This document shows, one piece after another, positions 49,850 through 57,934 of a DNA stretch of 64,000 bases. The position numbers and the translations under genes were made by a program. This DNA comes from Burkholderiales bacterium. Its GTDB lineage: Bacteria > Pseudomonadota > Gammaproteobacteria > Burkholderiales > SG8-39. Each line of letters begins with the position of its first letter. Position 1 is the stretch's first letter. The stretch spans positions 147,070 to 211,069 of the forward strand of contig DATJYC010000049.1 in assembly GCA_035499735.1 (NCBI GenBank). Direction: 5' to 3'. Below the pieces are notes generated by a model. The model was not told where the DNA came from. It did no database searches and saw nothing but the letters and a program-made list of their open reading frames with translations.

Positions 49850-50863
49850 ATGCAGTTCTATATCGAGCGGGCTTCACGCTGGAACGCTTCATTGTTGGCT
49901 GTCCTTGCGGTGGCGGGTGCTCCGCAGGCGTCATGGGCGGCCTGGGAGCCGAACAAGACCGTGGAATTCATCGTGCCCGCGGGAACGGGCGGTGGAGCCG
50001 ACCAGATGGCGCGGTTCATCCAGGGCATCGTCGCCAAGCACAAGCTGATGAAGCAGCCGATGGTCGTCATCAACAAGGCGGGCGGCGCGGGCGCCGAGGG
50101 CTTCCTCGACGTCAAGGAGGCCAAGGGCGACGCGCACAAGCTGATCATCACGCTGTCGAACCTGTTCACCACGCCCCTGGCGACCCATACGCCGTTCAAC
50201 TGGCGCGATCTGACGCCGGTGCAAATGATGGCGCTCGACAATTTCGTCCTCTGGGTCAACGCCGAGACGCCTTACAAGACGCCGAAGGACTACATCGCGG
50301 CAGTGAAGGCCGCCGGCGGCAAGTTCAAGATGGGCGGCACGGGGTCCAAGCAGGAGGACCAGATCATCACCGTGGCCATAGAGCGGCAGACCGACGCCAA
50401 GTTCACCTACATCTCGTATCGGGGCGGCGGCGAGGTCGCGGTGCAGCTCGTCGGCAAGCACATCGATTCCACGGTCAACAACCCGATCGAGGCGGTGGCG
50501 CAGTGGCGGGCGGGCACTCTGCGCCCCCTGTGCGTGTTCGACTCCAAGCGCATGCCCTACAAGGCGAAGGTGACGAAGACCATGTCGTGGTACGACATCC
50601 CGACCTGCAAGGAGACGGGACTCGACGTCGAGTACGTCATGCTGCGCGGCATCTTCATGCCGGGAGGCGTGACCCCTGATCAGGTGCAGTACTACGTGGA
50701 TCTCCTGAAGAGAGTGCGCGAGACCCCGGAGTGGAAGGATTTCCTCGAGCAGGGCGCGTTCAACCAGACGACCCTGAACGGCAAGGACTACGAAGCGTGG
50801 GTGGCGCGCGAAGAAGCGCGGCACATCCTGCTCATGAAAGAGGCGGGGTTCCTCGCGCGATGA
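49850..50863 (+). CDS. tctC: Tripartite tricarboxylate transporter substrate-binding protein (Bug/TctC family)
   Basis: AAGGAGGAGA SD before ATG 49850, a signal peptide, and the motifs VEFIVPAGTGGGADQMAR and INKAGGAG. The track start at 49790 is an over-extension. Confidence 0.85.
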   Translation: MQFYIERASRWNASLLAVLAVAGAPQASWAAWEPNKTVEFIVPAGTGGGADQMARFIQGIVAKHKLMKQPMVVINKAGGAGAEGFLDVKEAKGDAHKLIITLSNLFTTPLATHTPFNWRDLTPVQMMALDNFVLWVNAETPYKTPKDYIAAVKAAGGKFKMGGTGSKQEDQIITVAIERQTDAKFTYISYRGGGEVAVQLVGKHIDSTVNNPIEAVAQWRAGTLRPLCVFDSKRMPYKAKVTKTMSWYDIPTCKETGLDVEYVMLRGIFMPGGVTPDQVQYYVDLLKRVRETPEWKDFLEQGAFNQTTLNGKDYEAWVAREEARHILLMKEAGFLAR

Positions 50864-50930
50864 GCTTGTCGCACGCGGGGTGATCCCCCGCGCGGCGCAG
50901 GGCCGGCGGGCGAATCGAAGAGGCGAGGGC

Positions 50931-51434
50931 GTGGAAAACGGAACGGATCGTTCTGCGGCGTCAACGCGGGCCGTGGAAATCGGCGTCGCGGCGATCATCC
51001 TGCTGTTCGGCCTGGTGGTGGTGATCGACAGCTACCGGCTGGGCGCAAGGTGGGGCGATGACGGGCCCCAGCCGGGCTATTTCCCCTTCTACGTCGGCCT
51101 GCTGATCTGCGCCTCGAGCGTCGCGATTCTGATGCGCGCCCTGCGCAATCCGGCGCTCGCGGAAGAGTCCTTCGTGTCGCGCGGGGAGCTGAAGAAGATC
51201 TTCACCGTGCTGGTGCCGACCATCGTCTACGTCGCGCTCATCGCCTGGCTCGGATTCTACGTTGCGTCGACCCTGTACATCGCGTATTTCATGTGGCGGC
51301 TCGGCAAGTACTCCTGGCTCAAGACCGTGCCGGTTTCGGTGGGCGTGAGCGTCGCCTTCTTCCTGATTTTCGAGATCTGGTTTTCGGTGCCGCTGCCGAA
51401 GGGGCCTCTGGAGTCGGCCCTGGGCCTGGGTTGA
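50931..51434 (+). CDS. tctB: Tripartite tricarboxylate transporter small membrane subunit (TctB family)
   Basis: Four predicted TM helices and a conserved position between tctC and tctA. The start is uncertain (GTG 50931 or the track start 50880). Confidence 0.7.
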   Translation: MENGTDRSAASTRAVEIGVAAIILLFGLVVVIDSYRLGARWGDDGPQPGYFPFYVGLLICASSVAILMRALRNPALAEESFVSRGELKKIFTVLVPTIVYVALIAWLGFYVASTLYIAYFMWRLGKYSWLKTVPVSVGVSVAFFLIFEIWFSVPLPKGPLESALGLG

Positions 51435-51439
51435 CCTGA

Positions 51440-52960
51440 GTGGAAGAGATCAACGCACTCCTGGGGGGATTCGGCGTCGCCTTCACCCCCTTCAACCTGA
51501 TGCTGATGTTCGTGGGCGTCATCCTCGGCATCATCATCGGCGTGCTTCCCGGGCTGGGCGGTGCGAACGGCGTCGCGATCCTCCTGCCCCTGACCTTCTC
51601 CATGTCGCAGCAGCCGGGCGGCACAACCTCGGCGATCATCCTGCTGTCGTGCATCTACTGGGGAGCGCTTTTCGGCGGCGCCATCACCTCGATCCTCTTC
51701 AATATACCGGGCGAGCCCTGGTCGGTCGCGACGACCTTCGACGGTCATCCGCTCGCGCAGCACGGGCGCGCGGGCAGCGCCCTGACTGCGGCATTCACCT
51801 CGTCGTTCGTCGGGGCGCTGATCGCCGTGATCATGATCACCTTCCTGTCGCCGGTCGTGGCGAGCTTCGCGCTGAAGTTCGGGCCGCCCGAGTTCTTCTC
51901 CGTCTACCTGCTGACGTTCTGCGCGTTCGTCGGAATGAGCGGCGGCAACGCCGCCAAGACCGTCGCCTCGATGATGATCGGCTTCGCTCTCGCCGCGGTC
52001 GGCCTGGACAGCGTCACCGGGACGCTTCGCCTCACGTTCGGCTTCACCTCGCTCCTCAAGGGGTTCGACTTCCTGATCGCGGTCATCGGCCTGTTCGGCA
52101 TCGGCGAGATCCTGGAGACGCTCGAGGAGGGCCTCGCTTTCAAGGGAGCGAGCGCGAGGATCAACGCGAAGGTGGTGCTCGAGACCTGGAAGGAGCTTCC
52201 GATGTACTGGGTGACCTCGCTGCGCAGCGCCGCGGTGGGCTGTTTCATGGGCATCGTGCCGGGCGGGGCGACCCCGGCGTCTTTCATGAGCTACGGCCTC
52301 GCCCGGCGCCTGTCCAAGGACGGCAAGGATTTCGGCAACGGCAAGGTCGAGGGGGTCGTCGCGCCGGAGACGGCCGCGCACGCCGCGGGCACCTCGGCGC
52401 TGCTGCCGATGATCACGCTCGGCGTGCCGGGTTCGCCCACCGCCGCGGTGCTCCTCGGAGGCCTGCTGATCTGGGGACTGCAGCCGGGCCCGCTGCTCTT
52501 CGTGGAGAAGCCGGATTTCGTGTGGGGCCTCATCGCCAGCATGTACCTGGGCAATATCGCCGGGCTGATCGTGGTCCTGACCTGCGTGCCGCTGTTCGCG
52601 GCCATCCTGCGCATCCCGTTCTCCATCATCGCGCCGGTGATCATCGTGATCTGCGCGATCGGCGCGTATACCGTGCACAACTCGATGTTCGACGTGTACC
52701 TGATGGTGATCTTCGGAGTGATGGGGTACGCATTCAAGAAGCTGGGGTACCCGCTCGCGCCCTTGGTGCTCGCCCTAGTGCTGGGCGACCGCGCGGAGGA
52801 GAACTTCCGCAACGCCATCAAGGGCTCGCAGGGCGATCTCCTGGTGTTCTTCTCGAACGGCCTGGTCGGCAGCCTGACCGCGCTGGCTCTGCTCCTGCTG
52901 TTCTGGCCCCTGTTGCGGGCGCTGTGGGCGCGCGTGTTGTCGGGGAGGCGCGGCGCCTAG
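51440..52960 (+). CDS. tctA: Tripartite tricarboxylate transporter large permease (TctA family)
   Basis: 506-aa polytopic protein with the GVLPGLGGANGVAILLPLTF motif typical of TctA. GTG start. Confidence 0.88.
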   Translation: MEEINALLGGFGVAFTPFNLMLMFVGVILGIIIGVLPGLGGANGVAILLPLTFSMSQQPGGTTSAIILLSCIYWGALFGGAITSILFNIPGEPWSVATTFDGHPLAQHGRAGSALTAAFTSSFVGALIAVIMITFLSPVVASFALKFGPPEFFSVYLLTFCAFVGMSGGNAAKTVASMMIGFALAAVGLDSVTGTLRLTFGFTSLLKGFDFLIAVIGLFGIGEILETLEEGLAFKGASARINAKVVLETWKELPMYWVTSLRSAAVGCFMGIVPGGATPASFMSYGLARRLSKDGKDFGNGKVEGVVAPETAAHAAGTSALLPMITLGVPGSPTAAVLLGGLLIWGLQPGPLLFVEKPDFVWGLIASMYLGNIAGLIVVLTCVPLFAAILRIPFSIIAPVIIVICAIGAYTVHNSMFDVYLMVIFGVMGYAFKKLGYPLAPLVLALVLGDRAEENFRNAIKGSQGDLLVFFSNGLVGSLTALALLLLFWPLLRALWARVLSGRRGA

Positions 52961-53601
52961 GCGACCCGCTGTCGCAGGCGCGACAGCGTCTCCGGCGTCA
53001 GATTGAGATAAGACGCAAGCTCCTTCTTGGGGATGCGTCCGAGCAGGTCGGTGTGCTTGCGCATGAAGCGCGCAAGCCGCCCGGGAGCGTCGAGGAGATG
53101 CAGCGTGATCGTGTGGGCCATGACCTCGGACATGAGGCGCATCACCTCGTATTCGAAGCGGAGCTTCACTTCAGTGTGGCGCTCGAGGAACTCGACCCAG
53201 TTGGGCATGGACAGGCGGGCGACCCGCACCTTGGTCACCGCAGCGATGCTGTAGGGCATGGGTGTCTTCATCCGCCATGCGGCATAGGAGGTGTCCATGT
53301 CGGTCTCGGCGGCGAAGCGCAGGATCATCTCCTTGCCCTGGGGATTGCTGACTACGCGCTTGAGGATGCCGTCCAGGATGAAGAATTGCTCCATGTTCGT
53401 TCCGCCCTGTCGGACCAGCGGCTCGCCCTTGCGGTACTCGGCGACCTCGAGCTGCGGCTCGAGGTCCTCCCAGGCAGGTACCGCCATTTCGCGCAGAATC
53501 AGGTTTTGTTTTAGCTGGAGGCGAATCGTGTTGCGCTGGGGGTGATTGAGGATGGCCGACACGGACGGCAGCGGGCGCGCGAACGAACGGTGGACCGGCA
53601 A
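52957..53601 (-). CDS. Crp/Fnr family transcriptional regulator (no Fe-S cysteine cluster)
   Basis: cNMP-binding-like beta-roll ([12 protein letters not shown]...FFILDGILK) and a C-terminal HTH with the FNR-type recognition motif ExxSR ([11 protein letters not shown]). There are no Cys residues. TTG start as in the track. Confidence 0.85.
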   Translation of the reverse strand: MPVHRSFARPLPSVSAILNHPQRNTIRLQLKQNLILREMAVPAWEDLEPQLEVAEYRKGEPLVRQGGTNMEQFFILDGILKRVVSNPQGKEMILRFAAETDMDTSYAAWRMKTPMPYSIAAVTKVRVARLSMPNWVEFLERHTEVKLRFEYEVMRLMSEVMAHTITLHLLDAPGRLARFMRKHTDLLGRIPKKELASYLNLTPETLSRLRQRVA

Positions 53602-53615
53602 TTAAGCGGGATTTA

Positions 53616-53629
53616 TTGACTCCAGTCAA
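53616..53629. promoter_or_regulatory. Perfect Crp/Fnr-type palindrome TTGAC-TCCA-GTCAA between the divergent regulator gene and oxc
   Basis: Read from the sequence. A TACACT -10-like hexamer at 53652-53657 lies about 30 nt from the box centre. The box also sits about 15-28 nt upstream of the regulator start codon. Confidence 0.65.
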
Positions 53630-53717
53630 GGTTGAGGCCGCGGCACGACCTTACACTTTTCAGCCGGCAAATCCGGAGACCGCGCCCGCGCGGTCCGCAC
53701 AACGCAAGGAGACCACC

Positions 53718-55478
53718 ATGGGAACAGTCGAGCCGCAAGTCGCGTCGGGTCCCGACGCGCAGACGCAGCAGCTGACCGACGGCTTTCAGCTGGTCATCGA
53801 TGCCCTGAAGCTGAACGGGCTCGATACGATCTACGGCCTGCCCGGCATCCCGATCACTGACCTGACGCGCCGGGCGCAGGCCGCGGGGCTGCGCGTGCTT
53901 TCGTTCCGCCACGAGCAGAGCGCCGGCTATGCCGCCTCCATCGCCGGCTTCCTGACGCAGAAGCCGGGCATATGCCTGACGGTATCGGCGCCGGGCTTCC
54001 TGAACGGGCTCAACGCGCTCGCCCACGCCACCGTCAACTGCTTCCCGATGATCCTCATCTCGGGCTCCTCCGAGCGCGAAATCGTCGACCTGCAGCAGGG
54101 CGACTACGAGGAGCTGGACCAGCTCGCGATCGCCAAGCCGGTCGCCAAGGCCGCGTTCCGCGTGCTGCATGCCGAGGATATCGGCGTCGGCATCGCGCGC
54201 GCTATCCGCGCCGCCGTGTCCGGCCGCCCGGGTGGCGTGTACCTCGATCTGCCGGCGAAGCTCTTCGCACAGAGCGTCGATGCGGAGCTGGGAACGAAGA
54301 GCCTGATCAAGGTCGTCGATCCGGCGCCGAAGCAGATTCCCGCGCCCGAAGCCGTGAAGCGCGCCATCGATCTTCTCAAGAGCGCGAGAAAGCCGCTCAT
54401 CATCCTCGGCAAAGGCGCCGCCTACGCCCAGGCCGACGCTGAAATCCGTTCCCTGGTCGAGAAGACCGGGATCCCCTACCTGCCGATGTCGATGGCGAAA
54501 GGCCTGCTCCCCGACACGCACGAGCAGTGCGCCTCTGCGGCGCGCTCCTTTGTGCTTCCCGCAGCCGACGTCGTGATGCTGGTCGGCGCGCGTCTCAACT
54601 GGCTTCTGTCGCACGGAAAGGGCAAGACCTGGGGCGGCAAGGGCCACAAGGACTGGGGCGGTCAGAAGTTCATCCAGATCGACATTTCGCCGCAGGAGGC
54701 CGACAGCAACGTGCGCATCGACGCACCGCTGATCGGCGACATCGGCTCGTGCGTCTCAGCGCTGCTCGCGGGCATCGACAAGAATGCGGGCTTGCTGCCC
54801 AGGCCGCCCGCGGATTGGCTGAACGCCGTCGCCGAGAAGAAGAAGGGCAACGTCGCGAAGATGGCCGAGACGCTGGCCAAGAATCCGTCTCCGATGAACT
54901 TCCACAGCGCGCTGAGCGTCGTGCGCGACATCGTGAGGGCGAACCCGGATGCGATGTTCGTGAACGAGGGCGCCAACGCGCTCGACTTCACGCGCTCGAT
55001 CGTCGACATGTACAAGCCGAGGAAGCGCATCGACGTCGGAACGTGGGGAATCATGGGGATCGGCATGGGCTACTGCGTGGCTGCCGCAGTGGTGACCAAG
55101 CAGCAGGTGATTGCCATCGAGGGCGACAGTGCTTTCGGCTTCTCGGGCATGGAGGTGGAGACGATTTGCCGCTACGACCTGCCGGTGTGCATCGTGGTGA
55201 TGAACAACAACGGAGTCTACAAGGGCACCGACACGGATCCGAGCGGCCGCGATCCGGCGCCCACCGTGTTCGTGAAGGGCGCGCGCTACGACAAGCTGAT
55301 CGAAGCTTTCGGTGGCTTGGGCGTGAATGCCGCCACGCCGGCCGAGCTGAGGAAGGCAATGGAGAACGCGATTCGCTCGAGAAAGCCGACGCTCATCAAC
55401 GCTGTGATCGACGAGACCGCCGGCACCGAGAGCGGCCGCATCACCGGCCTGAATCCGACGGCGGCGAAGAAGAAGTAG
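53718..55478 (+). CDS. oxc: Oxalyl-CoA decarboxylase (ThDP-dependent)
   Basis: AAGGAGA SD before ATG 53718. [29 protein letters not shown]-terminus and ThDP motif [18 protein letters not shown]...NNNG. Confidence 0.9.
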   Translation: MGTVEPQVASGPDAQTQQLTDGFQLVIDALKLNGLDTIYGLPGIPITDLTRRAQAAGLRVLSFRHEQSAGYAASIAGFLTQKPGICLTVSAPGFLNGLNALAHATVNCFPMILISGSSEREIVDLQQGDYEELDQLAIAKPVAKAAFRVLHAEDIGVGIARAIRAAVSGRPGGVYLDLPAKLFAQSVDAELGTKSLIKVVDPAPKQIPAPEAVKRAIDLLKSARKPLIILGKGAAYAQADAEIRSLVEKTGIPYLPMSMAKGLLPDTHEQCASAARSFVLPAADVVMLVGARLNWLLSHGKGKTWGGKGHKDWGGQKFIQIDISPQEADSNVRIDAPLIGDIGSCVSALLAGIDKNAGLLPRPPADWLNAVAEKKKGNVAKMAETLAKNPSPMNFHSALSVVRDIVRANPDAMFVNEGANALDFTRSIVDMYKPRKRIDVGTWGIMGIGMGYCVAAAVVTKQQVIAIEGDSAFGFSGMEVETICRYDLPVCIVVMNNNGVYKGTDTDPSGRDPAPTVFVKGARYDKLIEAFGGLGVNAATPAELRKAMENAIRSRKPTLINAVIDETAGTESGRITGLNPTAAKKK

Positions 55479-55494
55479 GTTTCCGGAGGTTCGA

Positions 55495-56766
55495 ATGGAA
55501 GCGCTCAAGGGAGTCCGCATTCTCGACATGACGCACGTTCAGGCGGGCCCGACCTGCTCGCAGCTCCTGGCCTGGATGGGCGCGGATGTCATCAAGTTCG
55601 AGAATCCGCAGGGTGACGCGACGCGCGGCCAGCTGCGCGACGTGCCGAACGCGGATTCTCTCTACTTCACGATGCTCAACTGCAACAAGCGCTCGATCAC
55701 GGTGAACATGAAGAGCGCGGAAGGCAAGACGGTGTTCGTCGATCTCCTGAAGAAGTGCGACATCGTCATGGAGAACTTCGGCCCGGGCGTGCTCGACCGC
55801 TTCGGCTTCACGTGGGAGAGGATCCACGAGCTCAATCCCAAGATCGTGATGGGCTCGATCAAGGGCTTCGGCTCGTCGGGCCCCTACGCCGATTTCAAAG
55901 CCTACGAGAACGTGGCGCAGGCGATGGGCGGCGCGATGAGCACGACCGGGGTTCCCGACGGTCCTCCCTTCGTGACCGGCGCGCAGATCGGCGACTCCGG
56001 CACCGGCCTGCATCTCGCGATCGGGCTGCTCGCCGCGCTGCGCCACGCGGAGAAGACCGGGAAGGGACAGTACGTCGAGGTGGCGATGATGGACGGCGTG
56101 ATGAACCTGTGCCGCGTGAAGTTCCGCGACCACCAGCGGCTGACGCGCGGGTCGCTGTCGGAGTACTCGGTGCCGACGTACCAGGGCATGGGTGAGGTGC
56201 CGCGCGCGGGCAACGATTCCGGCGGCGGGCAGCTCGGCAACGCGATCCACTGCAAGCCGCACGGCGCGAACGACTGGCTCTACGTGGTCGTCCAGGAAGC
56301 CGTGTGGGAGGACCTCGCGAAGCGTATCGGGCCGGAAGTGGGCGTGCCCGAGCTCGCGTCAGATCCGCGCGTGTCGAGCATCGGCGAGCGGCGCAAGAAC
56401 CAACAGCTCGTGTGGACGCTGCTCAACAAGTTCGCCGAGAAGTACACCAAGCGCGAGCTGATGGCCATTCTGAATCCGCTCGACGTGCCCTGTGGCCCGA
56501 TCATGTCCACCGAGGATCTCGCGACCGACGAGCACGTGCGCGGGCGCGACATGTGGGTCGAGCTCGACCATCCCAAGCGCGGCAAGTGGTACAACGTGGG
56601 CATGCCGATCAAGCTGTCGGCCTCGCCCGCCGTGATCAAGCGCTCGCCGATGCTCGGCGAGCATACCGATGAAATCCTCCGCGAGGTCCTGGGCTACGAC
56701 GAATCCAAGGTCGCCGTCCTCAAGCAGGCCGGCGCGTTCTCGATTCCACCGAAGAAGGCGGCGTAG
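55495..56766 (+). CDS. frc: Formyl-CoA:oxalate CoA-transferase (class III CoA-transferase)
   Basis: LKGVRILDMTHVQAGPTCSQLLAWMGADVIKFE N-terminus and Frc-like sequence throughout. Confidence 0.9.
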   Translation: MEALKGVRILDMTHVQAGPTCSQLLAWMGADVIKFENPQGDATRGQLRDVPNADSLYFTMLNCNKRSITVNMKSAEGKTVFVDLLKKCDIVMENFGPGVLDRFGFTWERIHELNPKIVMGSIKGFGSSGPYADFKAYENVAQAMGGAMSTTGVPDGPPFVTGAQIGDSGTGLHLAIGLLAALRHAEKTGKGQYVEVAMMDGVMNLCRVKFRDHQRLTRGSLSEYSVPTYQGMGEVPRAGNDSGGGQLGNAIHCKPHGANDWLYVVVQEAVWEDLAKRIGPEVGVPELASDPRVSSIGERRKNQQLVWTLLNKFAEKYTKRELMAILNPLDVPCGPIMSTEDLATDEHVRGRDMWVELDHPKRGKWYNVGMPIKLSASPAVIKRSPMLGEHTDEILREVLGYDESKVAVLKQAGAFSIPPKKAA

Positions 56767-56769
56767 GCG

Positions 56770-57702
56770 ATGAGGATAGCCATCATCGGCCAGCAGGACT
56801 TCGGCAAGGCGGTGCTCGAGGCCTTCCTCGCGCGCGGCGACCAGGTTACGGGCGTGTTCTGTGCGCCGGAGAAGGAGGGCGCCAAGGCGGACGTCCTCAA
56901 GGTGGCGGCGCAGGAGAAGGGCGTGAAGGTGTTCCAGTTCCCGTCGCTCCGGGACAGGCAGGCCCAGGACACGATGCGCTCGCTCGGCGCCGATATCGGG
57001 GTGATGGCTTATGTGCTGCAGTTCGCGCCCCAGGACATCGTCAACATCCCGAAGAAGGGCACGATCCAGTACCACCCGTCGCTCCTTCCCAGGTACCGCG
57101 GCCCGAGCTCCATCAACTGGCCCATCATCCGCGGCGACACCAGGACCGGCCTCACCATCTTCCGCCCGAACGATGGCCTGGACGAGGGCCCGGTGATCCT
57201 GCAAAAGGAAACGCCGATCAGCGCCGACGATACGCTGGGGAGCGTGTACTTCGACCGTCTCTTCCCCATGGGCGTGAAGGCGATGCTGGAGGCCGCCGAC
57301 CTGGTGGTGGCGGGCAAGCACAGGGAGACCGTCCAGGACGAGTCCCAGGCGAGCTACGAGGGCTGGTGCCGCGCCGCCGAAGCCAAGATCAACTGGGCGA
57401 ACCACGTCGATTTCATCTACAACCTGATACGCGGCTGCAATCCCGCCCCCGGCGCTTGGACCACGGTCAACGGGAAGAAGCTGCAGATTTTCGACAGCCG
57501 CAAGCACACGATACGCACCTTCGGCGCCGTGAGAGGCAAGATCGGCGAGATCTCCGAAATCGGCCCGCAGAGCTTCTACGTGACCGCCCAGGGAGGGCGC
57601 ATCGAGGTGCTCAAGGCCAAGCACGAAGAGGGCAAGAAAGTCTCCGCGCCGGAATTCGTCGCGCAGCACGGCATCGCCGCCGGCACGCTCCTCGGCGGCT
57701 AG
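56770..57702 (+). CDS. Stand-alone formyltransferase resembling the N-terminal hydrolase domain of 10-formyl-THF dehydrogenase
   Basis: MRIAIIGQQDFGKAV...VFCAPEKEGAKAD...YHPSLLPRYRGPSSINW...NDGLDEGPVILQKE...AKINW...IRGCNPAPGAWT. By recollection this aligns better with the FDH/ALDH1L1 N-domain than with Fmt. The ATG lies 3 nt after the frc stop. Confidence 0.75.
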   Translation: MRIAIIGQQDFGKAVLEAFLARGDQVTGVFCAPEKEGAKADVLKVAAQEKGVKVFQFPSLRDRQAQDTMRSLGADIGVMAYVLQFAPQDIVNIPKKGTIQYHPSLLPRYRGPSSINWPIIRGDTRTGLTIFRPNDGLDEGPVILQKETPISADDTLGSVYFDRLFPMGVKAMLEAADLVVAGKHRETVQDESQASYEGWCRAAEAKINWANHVDFIYNLIRGCNPAPGAWTTVNGKKLQIFDSRKHTIRTFGAVRGKIGEISEIGPQSFYVTAQGGRIEVLKAKHEEGKKVSAPEFVAQHGIAAGTLLGG

Positions 57703-57934
57703 GCCGCCCGCCCCACCCGTTTCGCGCCCGTCGGCAGGATTTGACGGGTCCAGCATTCACTGTAAGAATGCCGCCCAGGGTTCTGTTTATTCAGTAACTT
57801 ACGAATGCTTTTGGATTCGCGGGCGAACCCGCGCGGGTTCCGGCGTCCGGGCAAATCACTGAGGCGGGTGGCGTAGAATGCGAAACGGGGACAAGACCCC
57901 TCGCTAACAACAATAAGAACAAGCGGGAGAGGCG

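Noticed and set aside
57825-57840. Perfect 16-nt palindrome GAACCCGCGCGGGTTC downstream of the formyltransferase gene and upstream of the kinase gene
   Set aside because: It could be a terminator stem or an operator. However, there is no U-tract, the loop would be only 4 nt of GC, there is a single occurrence, and no regulator can be linked to it. The support is insufficient.
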